Shown here piece by piece: positions 38,001-50,000 of a stretch of DNA of 64,000 nucleotides. The translations under genes and the position numbers were made by a program. How positions within the stretch are numbered: the stretch's first letter is position 1; each line of letters starts with the position of its first letter. The DNA is from Phoronis australis. Its lineage: Eukaryota; Animalia; Phoronida. The DNA lies in the NCBI GenBank assembly GCA_002633005.1, contig NMRA01000361.1, positions 124,001 to 188,000 on the forward strand. The letters are read 5' to 3'. A model generated the notes under the pieces. That model ran no database searches and was not told the origin of the DNA. It was given only the letters and a program-made list of their open reading frames with translations.

Positions 38001-41000
38001 TTTCAGTCCCAGCTAGCTCTTATATATAAACAACCAGCCCTGTCTACACTAGACACCGTAATCTACTACTTGATGAACACATAACCCCCCTGGTTGACAT
38101 CGCTAGTTCATTAAGGTTTGATACTTTTTCTACCTTTCTGAAACTAACAGGCAGATTGGAAGATTTTACCCACGAGGAAACCGATGATGTCGGATCCCCA
38201 TGAGTCATAATCAGGTGATTAGTGTAATGGGCCCGGCCTTGCGGCCTAAGCACGCCTGATGTACCGCTTAAGGCATCAGGCCACCTGCACTCTTTTTATA
38301 TACATACATTTTGCCTTGAGCAAGAATGTCAGGGACAGGATATAAAACTCACTCATACAGCAACGATTCAGCCAATAGGTGGCGTTGCATTGTGAGAAAT
38401 GATCACAGTGTCGCACTTCCGGCTTGAAGAATTGATATTCTTGATAATTTTTTTTATAAAAATCACCTAGAATGAACTCTTTCAGAGTAAGTAAGAGACA
38501 CCAAATTGCCCTGAAGGGAACATCAACACGTCCGTGCTTTATGTAAGCAAACAAGAACACACAGTATCAAGATAGGAATGGACACACGAAAGACCTTAAA
38601 TTACGCAACATCACATAAAAGAGTTTGGCATTCCCTGGGCGTAAAAATGTCTTGCAACATCCTGCGACCGATTTCCTCTCAGAGGTCTGCCAGAACTTTC
38701 CAATGTATTTTCTGAAAATAACTTACTTTTTACTACAGGTCATCAAAGAAAAGATAAGAGGCGTGGGGTGGATTTTCAATTCTCGAAATATGACGCTAGA
38801 ACCATTCACTTATGCATACAAAGACTTGCGCCAGCTTAATGAGCGGCGTGTTCCGCTAAAAGTTGTCATTTGACAGTTCATTTCAAGCGGGACACTTTTT
38901 AATGCGAGCACGTAACAGGTGCAGGAGACGATATAGAAGCCAGACCGTGTACATTTACGAGCTGTGACACTGCAACTGTGCACGATTAAATAAACAGTCG
39001 CCTGTGTAACCGGGTTAACGGCCCGTAACTTGGAATTGAATTTCGTTGCAAACTGGTGATGTCTTTGGATGCGATCATTTTTACTAAACCGATGATTGCG
39101 TTACTGTGTAAAACGATTGCGCTCAAAGAGCCAGTCGATGATGTTAATAATGTCGGCACCTACATGTACACAACTTTGGTAACAAGACTAACAAATTCCA
39201 AAGAATCCATGACGTACAAATTCGGAAAATATTTTTCTGTTCATTTAGATGATTGCTCTAATGGACATCATAGGCGCATCCAGGGGCGCTCGAGGGGCTC
39301 GAAGGAGCACCCCAATTTGGCGAACTGGGCAAAAAGGTTCGCCTTAATGAAACAAAAAGTCCGAGAAAATGAGACAAATATTCACAGGAATTCGGCGCGG
39401 ATGCACAATTCGTAGGCCTGAACCTAGTGGCCCCGTTTTTTTAGTCCTCGTTGATTTTTTTCTGTAGAAGGTCCGCGTACCGAAAAATCCGAGCCCCCCT
39501 ATATTTTAGGCTGGGTTCGCGCATGGACATAGAGAATGATGTTATGTTGATAACTATAACGCGAGCTTGCCATCTCCCACAGAGAGAGCACAATATCTCA
39601 TCATTGGTGAACAACACTGAGGAAGTCATGCCCTGTATCTTTGTTTTTATTGGATAAACGTGTCGGTTACGTGCAATCCCACCAAGAACACGAGACTGTT
39701 ATCCCTACCCTATGATTCTGATACGCTGTCACCGCCATGAACTTGGTCTCGCTGAAGATATAGGTGACATAGTTTTCCGTTTTGGTCGAACAGTCTGTCT
39801 TCGGTGGGACATATACAACGTGGAACCTCGGCTGGTACTTGTGCATAGAGTTGAGAATAATCTGAAACCACAAAATCACTAATCTAAGTACTGTTCTCTA
39901 TCCAAAAGCATTATGCAAGTGCAACACAAAAATGTCTTTGATTTTTTGTTAACGTAAAATTAAGTTCACACTTACTAACCAAATTATTGCTTGGACAATT
40001 TTAAATTTAAACTTACTGTGCTAATTCAGGCTCGTACGTCTGTTTGCGAACCATTAGTTGAGTAAAACCTTGAATTTATTTATTTCATGAATGAGAGAGA
40101 AGGTTGAGTGACCGTTAAAGTAGATGTAGACGTCTTCTGTTTTATATCAAAACTTTAATTGAAAAAAATACTAGTAATGTTAAGGAACGGTATGAAAGAC
40201 ACAAGACTGTTCACGAATAATGACGCGCGTGAAAATGGGAAAGCGCTCTGCGTCTGAAAGCGAACCGGCTATTTGCGCGACACTTGCGCAAAAATAAATT
40301 GTTTTGATAAAGGGAATCCGAATATAGTTGCAAGGGCCTGAATGTACCTTACACGATAGACTCCAAAGATAGGTACTGGTGGATAACTAGACATAAACGT
40401 TGGGATCAATAAAAGAAGAGTGTCGATACGTGCATTCATAGATCAATAAACACTGCATATTTTACAAAAGGTACATTAAACAATCGTTTTGGAAGCAAAC
40501 TGCAAAACACGGCTGAGTCTGGAGTGCAACTACTGAGTTTTGTTGAACTAGCTGCGCCAATCATATTTCGGTTATCGTTCTACGATTAGCCTGTCGAAAG
40601 ACAGCGCGCTTTAACGACCAATAAAAGGTAATGTAAAAAACGAAAGACATTTTTATTGCGTTATTCCGTGAGTGGGCGCGCTGAAAGAAAAGTTAGTTCA
40701 CATACAGGGTGAGCCAAAACTCTCACAATACCCTTCGTTGACTTCACGTAGATATCATACATTCCACAGATTTAAAAAAACAGTTCCAAGTTTTGTCAAT
40801 AGGGCATCAGCAAAACTTGAAATTTGGATCTTTGGAAACTCAGGGATGTAGACAAGGGGTGAATTCTATTCTACCCTCTGTCTCTCTTACCCTTCAGACT
40901 GCCAGTTCCCCCTCAATCGGACCAATCCCTAGTCTCGATGGTCAATAACTTTCTCTCCACATATGCTTGTGTCATTTGACTCCTGCTTTTGACAGCTTAT

Positions 41001-44000
41001 TGGGGTGTTTTTGTGTTTCGTTTTTTCCCAACATTTCACCGTACTATACAAATTTACCCTGCGCAAATCGTGCCATATGAGTTTTGCTGCTTTTTGTGCA
41101 CAAAGTACTTTCAATTGCACTTCCGTAAGCATGGCTGTGGAATTCATTCGGAAACGTACATGCTAATAATTTCAACGCGTAATCGGTTTTATCTTTGAAT
41201 TATTCCAACAAAGATTACAAATAAACAACACGTCAAAAGGCGCTCGTTTCAGAATAATCTGGCATGTGGTATATCAATAAGAAAGACGGATTTTTTTGGG
41301 GAATGTAATCAGGTTTTTACTCAATCCCTTAACTTGAGAACCTGTCCACTATTGAGCGATACCATATGGATTGTATATGCGTGAACCGAGTCAATTCTTT
41401 GATCACCAACACGTTGGTTTAAGGTTACCAGCTCAGTGTCCAAAACGTGAATTTTGATGATTACATTTTTATGACGTTCTACGTTTTTCACGTAAACAAA
41501 ACCAAAGTATTTAAAATCACAATCAAATTATCGCCATCATTCCACAAAGAGCAAAAATTCATCACCAGGTAATTTTTTGGAATTTCGATTTACTTGAATG
41601 TCATCTTCATATCACGTCATAGAGGTATACGAGCTCAAAGTTTTCGAAATAATGGCTGGGATAATTGAAGATTGGGACAAATTTTTAAGAGTTTGCCTAA
41701 TACCCTCGATGTCACTCGGTACGTATTATCGTTTCGTGTCGACGAGGTTGCATGAGCTTTGTAGAACTTTTGACACGGTCCCTGAATTACGGACCACAAT
41801 AAAACGCCACAGAATACTCACGTGACCATTTTCATCCAGTAGATTGTTGGTTAATTTGATTTTGTCGAACGAAACAATTTGTTTCATCCAATGGGAGCCG
41901 GTAGCTGGAGAATCGGGGTGCACGTAGATCCTCCCCGGCATATTGGGGTCCGCTTTTCCAGCATCCACCCAACTTGAACTCCTGAACGAATAACGAAATC
42001 TTTTGTCCTCGCAGGTGACGAAATCCATCATCAACATGTATTTGGCATGAGGATCCATTCCAAACAAGCGAACTTGAAATGTTGGAAACATTCGTCTGGA
42101 AAAATTCATAGTTTTCTGATAGAACCCCGGCGGATCTAGGATCACGGGCGACGCACCATAGGGGGCTGGGGGGCTATAACCCATGGTCTGTGGGCGGTGT
42201 ACCACAGGGGCGTGGGGGCTATAGCTCCACTTTTTTCAGTGCTGCGCCGCCCGTGAGGATGTCGGAAGCGGGGGAGGAACAAAAACAATTTTCGAAGAGA
42301 AAATGTCAGCGTATGCCCTAAACACGGCATGGAGGCGGCGTTATTTTATTGGTCGTGTTTGTAAATAAAGTAGCTTTTGGAACCAATTCTCATTGAGAGA
42401 GATGGTGGGAAGGAATGCTGGCAAATCCTTAACTATTATTAAGCTACTTCAAAACCTGTATTCCGTCAAAGAAACTTCTTAAGTTAGTACTTAGTACCAC
42501 TTTAGAACATCTTTTACATTGTTTAATTTTTCGTGACGTCATTCTTGCTGTGCGTTCACACCTGAAGCTGATCGTGGAATCGTGATCTTTAGGGTGTCGC
42601 GACTTGTGAAATCAGTACGAATTGTGACGTTGAACTAAAAGTGGCGTTTGGTGGCGTCCCGGGAGACTAGGTAGTGACCGGGTAATGCTTGTTGGTAACG
42701 AGTGGCAATCGCCTGGGTGGAGGGAGGGGAAATTAATATTCGGAGGTGGGGAATTGATAGCAACCTGTCGTGACCCGTAAAACTTGATAAATGTGTCGTT
42801 AATCTCGAGGTCGATCATTTTACCTGTGTGGACCCCAATGTGCTCCCACCCGTTCACGCCCACTTATAAAACTGGTCAGATGGTAAGATATTTCCGTGCA
42901 GAAGAAACAGCTAACTGTTGTTATAGCTGGAGACCATGCCGTGCGCATAAAATGACCAGTCGTAACATAGCTGACTTCGAAAGAAAATGACCAGTCAGTT
43001 CCTTCCAAGTCCAAAAACATTAAGTCAAGTTCAATTTCGAAACTATTATAATTTATGTGTAAACCAAGTTATTTTCTGACTTCAAATAGATGTTGCAATG
43101 CCGTGCAGTTACCGACGAATAAAAATATAAAATAGTAAAACTAGTAAACATTGTAGTTTTACTAGTTTTTACTATTTTATTTTCTGACAGAAGGCAGGTT
43201 TACAAGACACCTTAGCTAGACTATGTATAGAGTGTCAAAGGGTTCTAAACGGGTGCCTTTCTACGTGTAAAAATGTGCTTATTGTAGATTACGTTATTCT
43301 ACACATGCAAATAGTCGAACATAGAACAAGGACGTTACGCTACGCGCAGCTATATCGGTGCGCGTATGTGTACTTTATTTTCTGCACGCTTACTGAATAA
43401 GTCCAATCAAAGACTATAATTGTAGAACCAGGAAGTCACTTCCGAATCCCAGAATTACTAAGTGTCTTCCATCGATCTTTTTGGGTCAGCGCCAGGTTGT
43501 CAAGTTACCAGGTAAGCAGTTCTGAAATCTGTTAGTGTTTTTGCAAATTACGAAGTCGTTGAACGAAAGACATCCCTGAGCAAATGTCAAAATCAAACCG
43601 TATAGATAAAACACGATTTAAATAATACCTCCAATAAAACTCCAAAAATTTTATGATTTGGACAAATTGTGTAGACGTAAACGTTCCAGCAGCTACTATT
43701 TCGGAGTCAATAATTGATAATACTGGCCGTTGCTGTGGCAACGGCATTTTAATTTCCTTTGCCAACTTTTTTGAAGTGATGCTGATCCATTCTAATTCGA
43801 TCTCGGACTCGAGATATTCTTGTTCGCAACTCCCAACTTCGCTACTGCGCCACCAGCATGTCATCAACTCTTCGGTATCATCTGGATTCTGACGTCCTGT
43901 CACATAATTTATTTTTAAACAATCAGGAAATACATGCCACCAAGAGCATTGCTAACCTCCATCAAGGTATCGCAATCATCACGCTGTTGCACAAAAGATG

Positions 44001-47000
44001 TGTCTTCAAAGGATAAAATGCTTTCAGTACACGTCATTTGCGCATGCACACTAAGTGTGTTGACGTGCAGCTTGCGATCGCATTGTTACAACCATAGAAC
44101 TATTCCTTCTATGACCAAATGACGTGTTTCGACTGTTTTGCATTAAAAAAGACTGCAAGCATAATATTTTTTCCAAAATTCAATCGATTGTTCTTTGCCC
44201 ATTCCGAGCATCTCCTGGAAGTTTTCTTTTTAAAATCTCGCCCTACGTTTTGGGTAAAAATTGCTACCAAGAACAAGCGCTCGATATGCGATCGAAAGTT
44301 CAAAAATATCTCGTCGCACTCTGGAGTGTGACATCCCTGAGAATGTGTGACGGTAACACAACGTGTACCACCAACAATAGCAACAGAAAATGCGATTGGA
44401 AATAACACGTATTTTTATATTTATATACATACCGGTAATAGCATCTACAAATTTACGAGACTATTCTTGTCACAGATTAAATAAACGCAGGCTTACTAAT
44501 TATTTTATATATTCTAAAGCGGCTGTAAATCTGCTTTCCGTCAAAAAAGCAAAATTCTGATTTAGACCAATTACTGTTACAAAATTGGTCTCAACCTGGT
44601 CCGTGCTCAAACGAAAAGTGATTTCTGGGTTTGCGAGAAATTGACAGTTGGCTATGACTCTAATCCTTGAGACCGTACCAGGCGCATAGAATGACCCGCC
44701 TTGACCAAGCCAACTGTCAGTGCCTTTAGGTCTCAAACGAACTCGTCAGTTCCTTCGAAGACCTGAACTCAACTCTAATCTGACTTAGGAACACCTTGAA
44801 ATCCATTTTAGAACGGTAAGTGGCATCAATTAATTTTTGTGACTGAAGGCAGGTAAGCGATAAGCGTTACGTGGGGAACACTGATACTTGATTGAATATT
44901 TTCGCTTATTCAGTTGCGTAACAGTTTTGTTAAATGTTTTTAAAACCACTAGATCGCTAAGTAAGATACAATAATACCATTTTTAACATTTTACCACAAT
45001 CCGTAACATTTCTGTAGGAAATTAGCCGTTCTCTAAATCGTCGCCTCTTTGTATAAAATCTAATTGCTACTCTTGCCGCATCATCGTGTTATTTCCTACA
45101 CTAAGTGAGTCAAGTATTTTTGTCAAATTAAGTGCAGCCAATTCACTTCATGAAATACGTGCGTCTAAATAAAAACTGTCGTTCTGCGTGAAACAAATCG
45201 GCATTATTTATAAATAAGCAAAGAAGAATGCAATTAAACCATTGATAAAACACAGAAATGCGGAGTACAGTTCTGCTGAAGAACAAGACAACTTAGTATT
45301 TGTTAGGATCTCAGAAAACAGGCGCTCACATTGTTTGTGGGTAATCTTTCAATAAGGGTCAATATCTTTTATCTTATTATGGTGCCGGCCGGACGGACAG
45401 AGGTGTTACATCTAATTTGTTTACCCATCCCCTTCTCTTAATGTATCGTCCCAAGGATGTTTACTGTTTCATTACGTCAGATCCGTTCACCACCTAGGGC
45501 TACCAACGGACACACACCTCACCCCGTGGGCAATTAAGATGGACAGATATTATTTAACAGTACAATTACAGGAAGCCAGTTTCCGCCCGCTTACTGGTTG
45601 CACTATCCCGAAGCTAAACGCTCGCACCAAAATTTCAACTTAATGTAATGCAGGACCCAAATTTGTCTAACTTCGGAAGATCGCATCTCGGAAACGAACG
45701 GTCGGATTCTCATGAAACTTTCAGAGATACTATGGTTTAAGTTCTGTACTGCATTACGGTATTAGGAATTGATTTTAAAATGTTACATTTTTGTATGAGG
45801 AGCTACTAAACGTAGGACTTTTATGGGTTTTTATGAAAAAACTCCGAAGTTTGTAAAACGAAAACGAAATGATCGTTAAAAGCTGTGACGTCGTTTCGGG
45901 GATACCGTTGTTTTGCTAGGAATGCATCTTATTTACAGTACTAATAAGACGTGATTACGGCAGATTGGTACAAAAACGAAAACAAATTCTAATGGCTTTC
46001 TACTTTCAAAAAGTGTGTTACTGAGTTAAAATCTTTACTCTTGTAAATATTTGACTAAACACAAAACATTTTTCGTTAAGATCCTGCTTGCCCTCAGCGG
46101 CGTGCACTTCGTGTCCCTCAATAAACTCTAGGTCATATAGTCTTGGGGTAAATTCCTGCGTTGAGATACACAACCTTGTACGCACGCACCATCGAGACGA
46201 CAAGAATTTCTAAATAAGACGGATACGTTAAATGTGATTAAATGGAGGCACGTCGTTAAAATAACTCCCAGAACACGACCTCGTGCACTTTCTAAGAGTA
46301 TAGTAGTAACCAGACTAAAAATCGTGTTTTAGTTTAATTTTAAATACTATGAAATCAGAGCCAAAGCAACTCGTGGTTGATAAAATGTTCGACCAAATGT
46401 TGTCACGAGGTTGTTTGGATTTCTCAGATGAAAACCAATTTCAAATTTGTGTTTGTTTGGTAGACCTCGAAAGGGCAAAGTCGCGAACTTGTTTGTTCGA
46501 GGTTAGATAAGCACGCGTGCACGCGCATAGCATGTTCCCCAGCTAAATTGGTAAATAAACTATAATTATGGCAAATCCTGCATATCTTTTGGCTTTAACC
46601 AAAAAAGTTCGGTAAACCGACTGTTTTTAAAGGTTGGGAAATTGTCATTTTGAAACAAAATAGTACGAACTACGAAACGATTTGTAATTTTTGAAAATAA
46701 GAATTAAAAAAAAGAATTTGTGCGTAAAATAACTGAAGGAAATAACGACATTCTTTCTTCAAGGCCATGCTCAATGGGGTAAAATCTCCATGTGCACAGG
46801 ACAAAACTTCTACCAATAACAAATAAATCTTTATTTTTTAATTTTATTTTATTTTATTTCATTATATTGTTCTATTTTCAACGTTGCCATATTTACAAAC
46901 ACAGAAGTTTTGTAGTTCAATACCAAATACTTAGAAATCCTATGAATTTTACAAAAAATAATGTTCAGTGACGTTCTTCTAGATTTTTACATCACAGCGT

Positions 47001-50000
47001 ATTCTTGTTCTAACCAACCTGTCCCATATCTAATAAGTCACGGAAATTACTTCTTGGGTTGTAGGTCATTCTGTTTAAATAAAGTGTTCATTATGAGCGA
47101 ACTAGATCACCCACGCCGCTAAAAGTCATATGTCATGGCTCATAGTGACGTCCGAGTTCAGTGTCACAATCGCATAAATTATCCCGTATTTGAAGTCCAC
47201 ATCCAGAATTCTACTGAAAAGGGACATCCTTATTTGGGATTAGCGGAATTTTAGAGACCAGCCTCCNNNNNNNNNNNNNNNNNNNNNNNNNNNNNNCCCC
47301 CCCCCCCCCCCCCCCCCCCCCACACACACACAGTTACGGGCACGACCAAAAACTAACATCCCGTCGGCATGCCGCATGCAGTTTTTCATTTTTCCTTAGA
47401 AAAGTATGATTAACCACCGTCCCCCTCCTCCCCGATATCCTTGACCCCTTAGTGAATGGAATAGAGATTCAAGGTCGCATCAGCTTAGGAGATATGATTG
47501 TTATTGGTCCTTCTTTGAACACAAATTCTTTGATATTAAAACACTACCGTATGTGTTTTCATAGAAACTTTCCGCATCATTATTCAAAAGATAGTTTTAA
47601 TTTTGGGACATTATGGGATGGATTTTCCTAGATGAGTCTCATCGCGAAATGAAATCTGCATCCCCCTGGTCGCAATGTTGGCGGTGCATTTTAGGATCAT
47701 TGCTGGATGGGACAGACTTCTTGAAATTCTTAGCTTTGACCAGAGCTGTAAAGCAACAGAATCCGGTGTGTTTTTGTGATTTTATTTCAAATCGTCAATT
47801 TTCTACGTTTTCTGCCAGACATTCATTTAAACCAAGGCCTGTGACTTTATCAAATACTTTAAGCGTATTTAAAAAAACGCTTAGATATTCTGCCATTTAT
47901 TGAATGTTAACTTGGTTCGCCAGCAGATCGTTAGATTGCGACAGCGAGAATTGCAGATTCCGCGCTGAGGCTAATCTTAGAAAATCATTCCGCTCGAACC
48001 CTCACATTTCGCTTGTCAGTCAGACATGAGGATTGTTTGTCTTAAACTGTAACAGATTGTAGAGTAAGCTAGAGCCACCCGGCAAGTGAGCAGTAAATAT
48101 TTTTAGAATATTTCAATAAAACTATGTTTCTATAGTGACGTGCGTTTGTCAAATCCGTAGAAATGTGGCCATGAATTTATATAACTTTTTGTGAATAACT
48201 CAAGCGAAGACTTGACGTGTTCGTCGTTGTGGTTATTATTATACTTGAATATAATAATACAAGTAAAATAATTACCAGGAACAATGTCATAAAATTTTTG
48301 AAGGAAAAGTCCTGTTCCGTATTAAACTTAATTTTCACACTTTTGTAATTTTCAAGCTCAAAAATCACATAACTTTTCATTTCGAGTAACAACGCGCATT
48401 TTTCTAATTTTACACTGCCTGAATTTAGATCCTGGTTCGTGCGGTTTACGTCGCGTTACGATAAGAGCTACATTTTCTTGTGAGGTACTGTAGACAAAAT
48501 TGTGATAATAACAATATAAGAACGATAAAAAGTTTACATTCTAATTTTTACCATATTCATTACAAACGCGGGTGCTGTATATAGTTCAAAAAAGCCTGTT
48601 GTAAACCGTTGACTTGGCGACAGCGAATTGTCCCACTTTGTAAAAAACCAAATCGGAAAATGAGAGCGAGGCATCATCCTTGTCAGCCAGGTCTACAGAA
48701 TAGAAAGGGCACGAGGAAGAGAAGGCTTGACGTGAGTGAAAAAAACACGTTATAAATTCCTGATATTGTTGAAACGAAGACAGTTATCTTTGGGGAAGTC
48801 AAACAAAGTAACACACGGGCTTAGTCAAGTGCCTAGTAACTAATCTTGTAAGTTCTGTTTATTTGTCTTGCACTCAAACCTTTCTAAATTTTCTACATAA
48901 CTATTCTATTTGACTGATTGAAATCTATGGAAACAGAAATGTTGACTTGGACGAAATACGCATCACTTACAGAAGAAAACAAATAACCCAGAACGGGAAT
49001 CATAAATGAGCCACTCCATTCCAAGAATGGCAAGCATGTATAGGGATGACGCGTGATTGATTCGTTAGCAGACTGGTCAGTGTCACAACCAGGCTGAAAG
49101 GAAAAGGTAAAACAGTGCGAAACATCTCTCCATTGTGGGTTTTGTTAAATGTTTTACTTTGCTTCAAATACTCGCCATCTGTTCTATTTATGAACAAATT
49201 ATTGTATTTACGTCATCACAAACATTATATTGCCCAGTTTTTAACGTTAAATAATTATTTTGCTGAAAAAACAAGTTATGCTGTTGATAGCTTAGCGTTA
49301 AATTACTTTTCAGTTGATTTTATAATGTGTGTAAAGCACAAGTGCATCTGTCCTCCAACGTTTTAGTCCCCCGTCGTATTCTGTTTATGGACATAGTCCA
49401 GATATTTTTAAAAAATAATTTAAAAATATTCTGAAATACCTCAAAAATTTACGATTATGATTATAAAGTCAAATTATGCTCTTCCGTCAAAAGAATTTAA
49501 TAGATACCTGTATCCCATGTTTAGAAAATTAATATCTTCAAGCAGGCTTGTTCTAAAATTAAGGCACTAAAAATGATTTAAGCACTGGATATTTTTGTTA
49601 GTTGGTGTTGTTTTAAATTCATCAAGCGTTGATTAGGGATTTTGAATCATTTTAATGCAATAGTTTAATTGTTAATAAAAACAACCACGGATTTAAATAA
49701 GCTTGACATGTTTCGGTGTCTATTGAAACACCATCATCAGAAGAAAAAACACAGTGGCCACCTAGCTAGCCCAACAACAAGTAATTGTTTCATTCAAGGT
49801 ATGGCGAGAATAGATATTTTTGAACTCGTGATATTAGTTTACATAGTCCGTAAAATATTTTCTGAAACGAAAAAATGATACATCGTAATTGTATGAAACA
49901 GTTGTATTCATCAAAAGACTCACCAATAGTCTCATTTTTATTTATTTGGTATCTAATTACATGAAGTGCTGACACTTGCTTTTATCTGTTCAAATGCAAA

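Noticed and set aside
37939-38290. Solo LTR (TG start, TATA-like run, terminal hairpin)
   Set aside because: No matching CA end with TSD could be identified.
42096-42205. N-terminal part of the 159-aa ORF as Tbx1 coding sequence
   Set aside because: It derives from intronic MITE sequence; the true acceptor is at 42096-42097.
43532-44060. 123-aa ORF / possible LINE endonuclease relic
   Set aside because: Only a vague resemblance; no motif strong enough to call.
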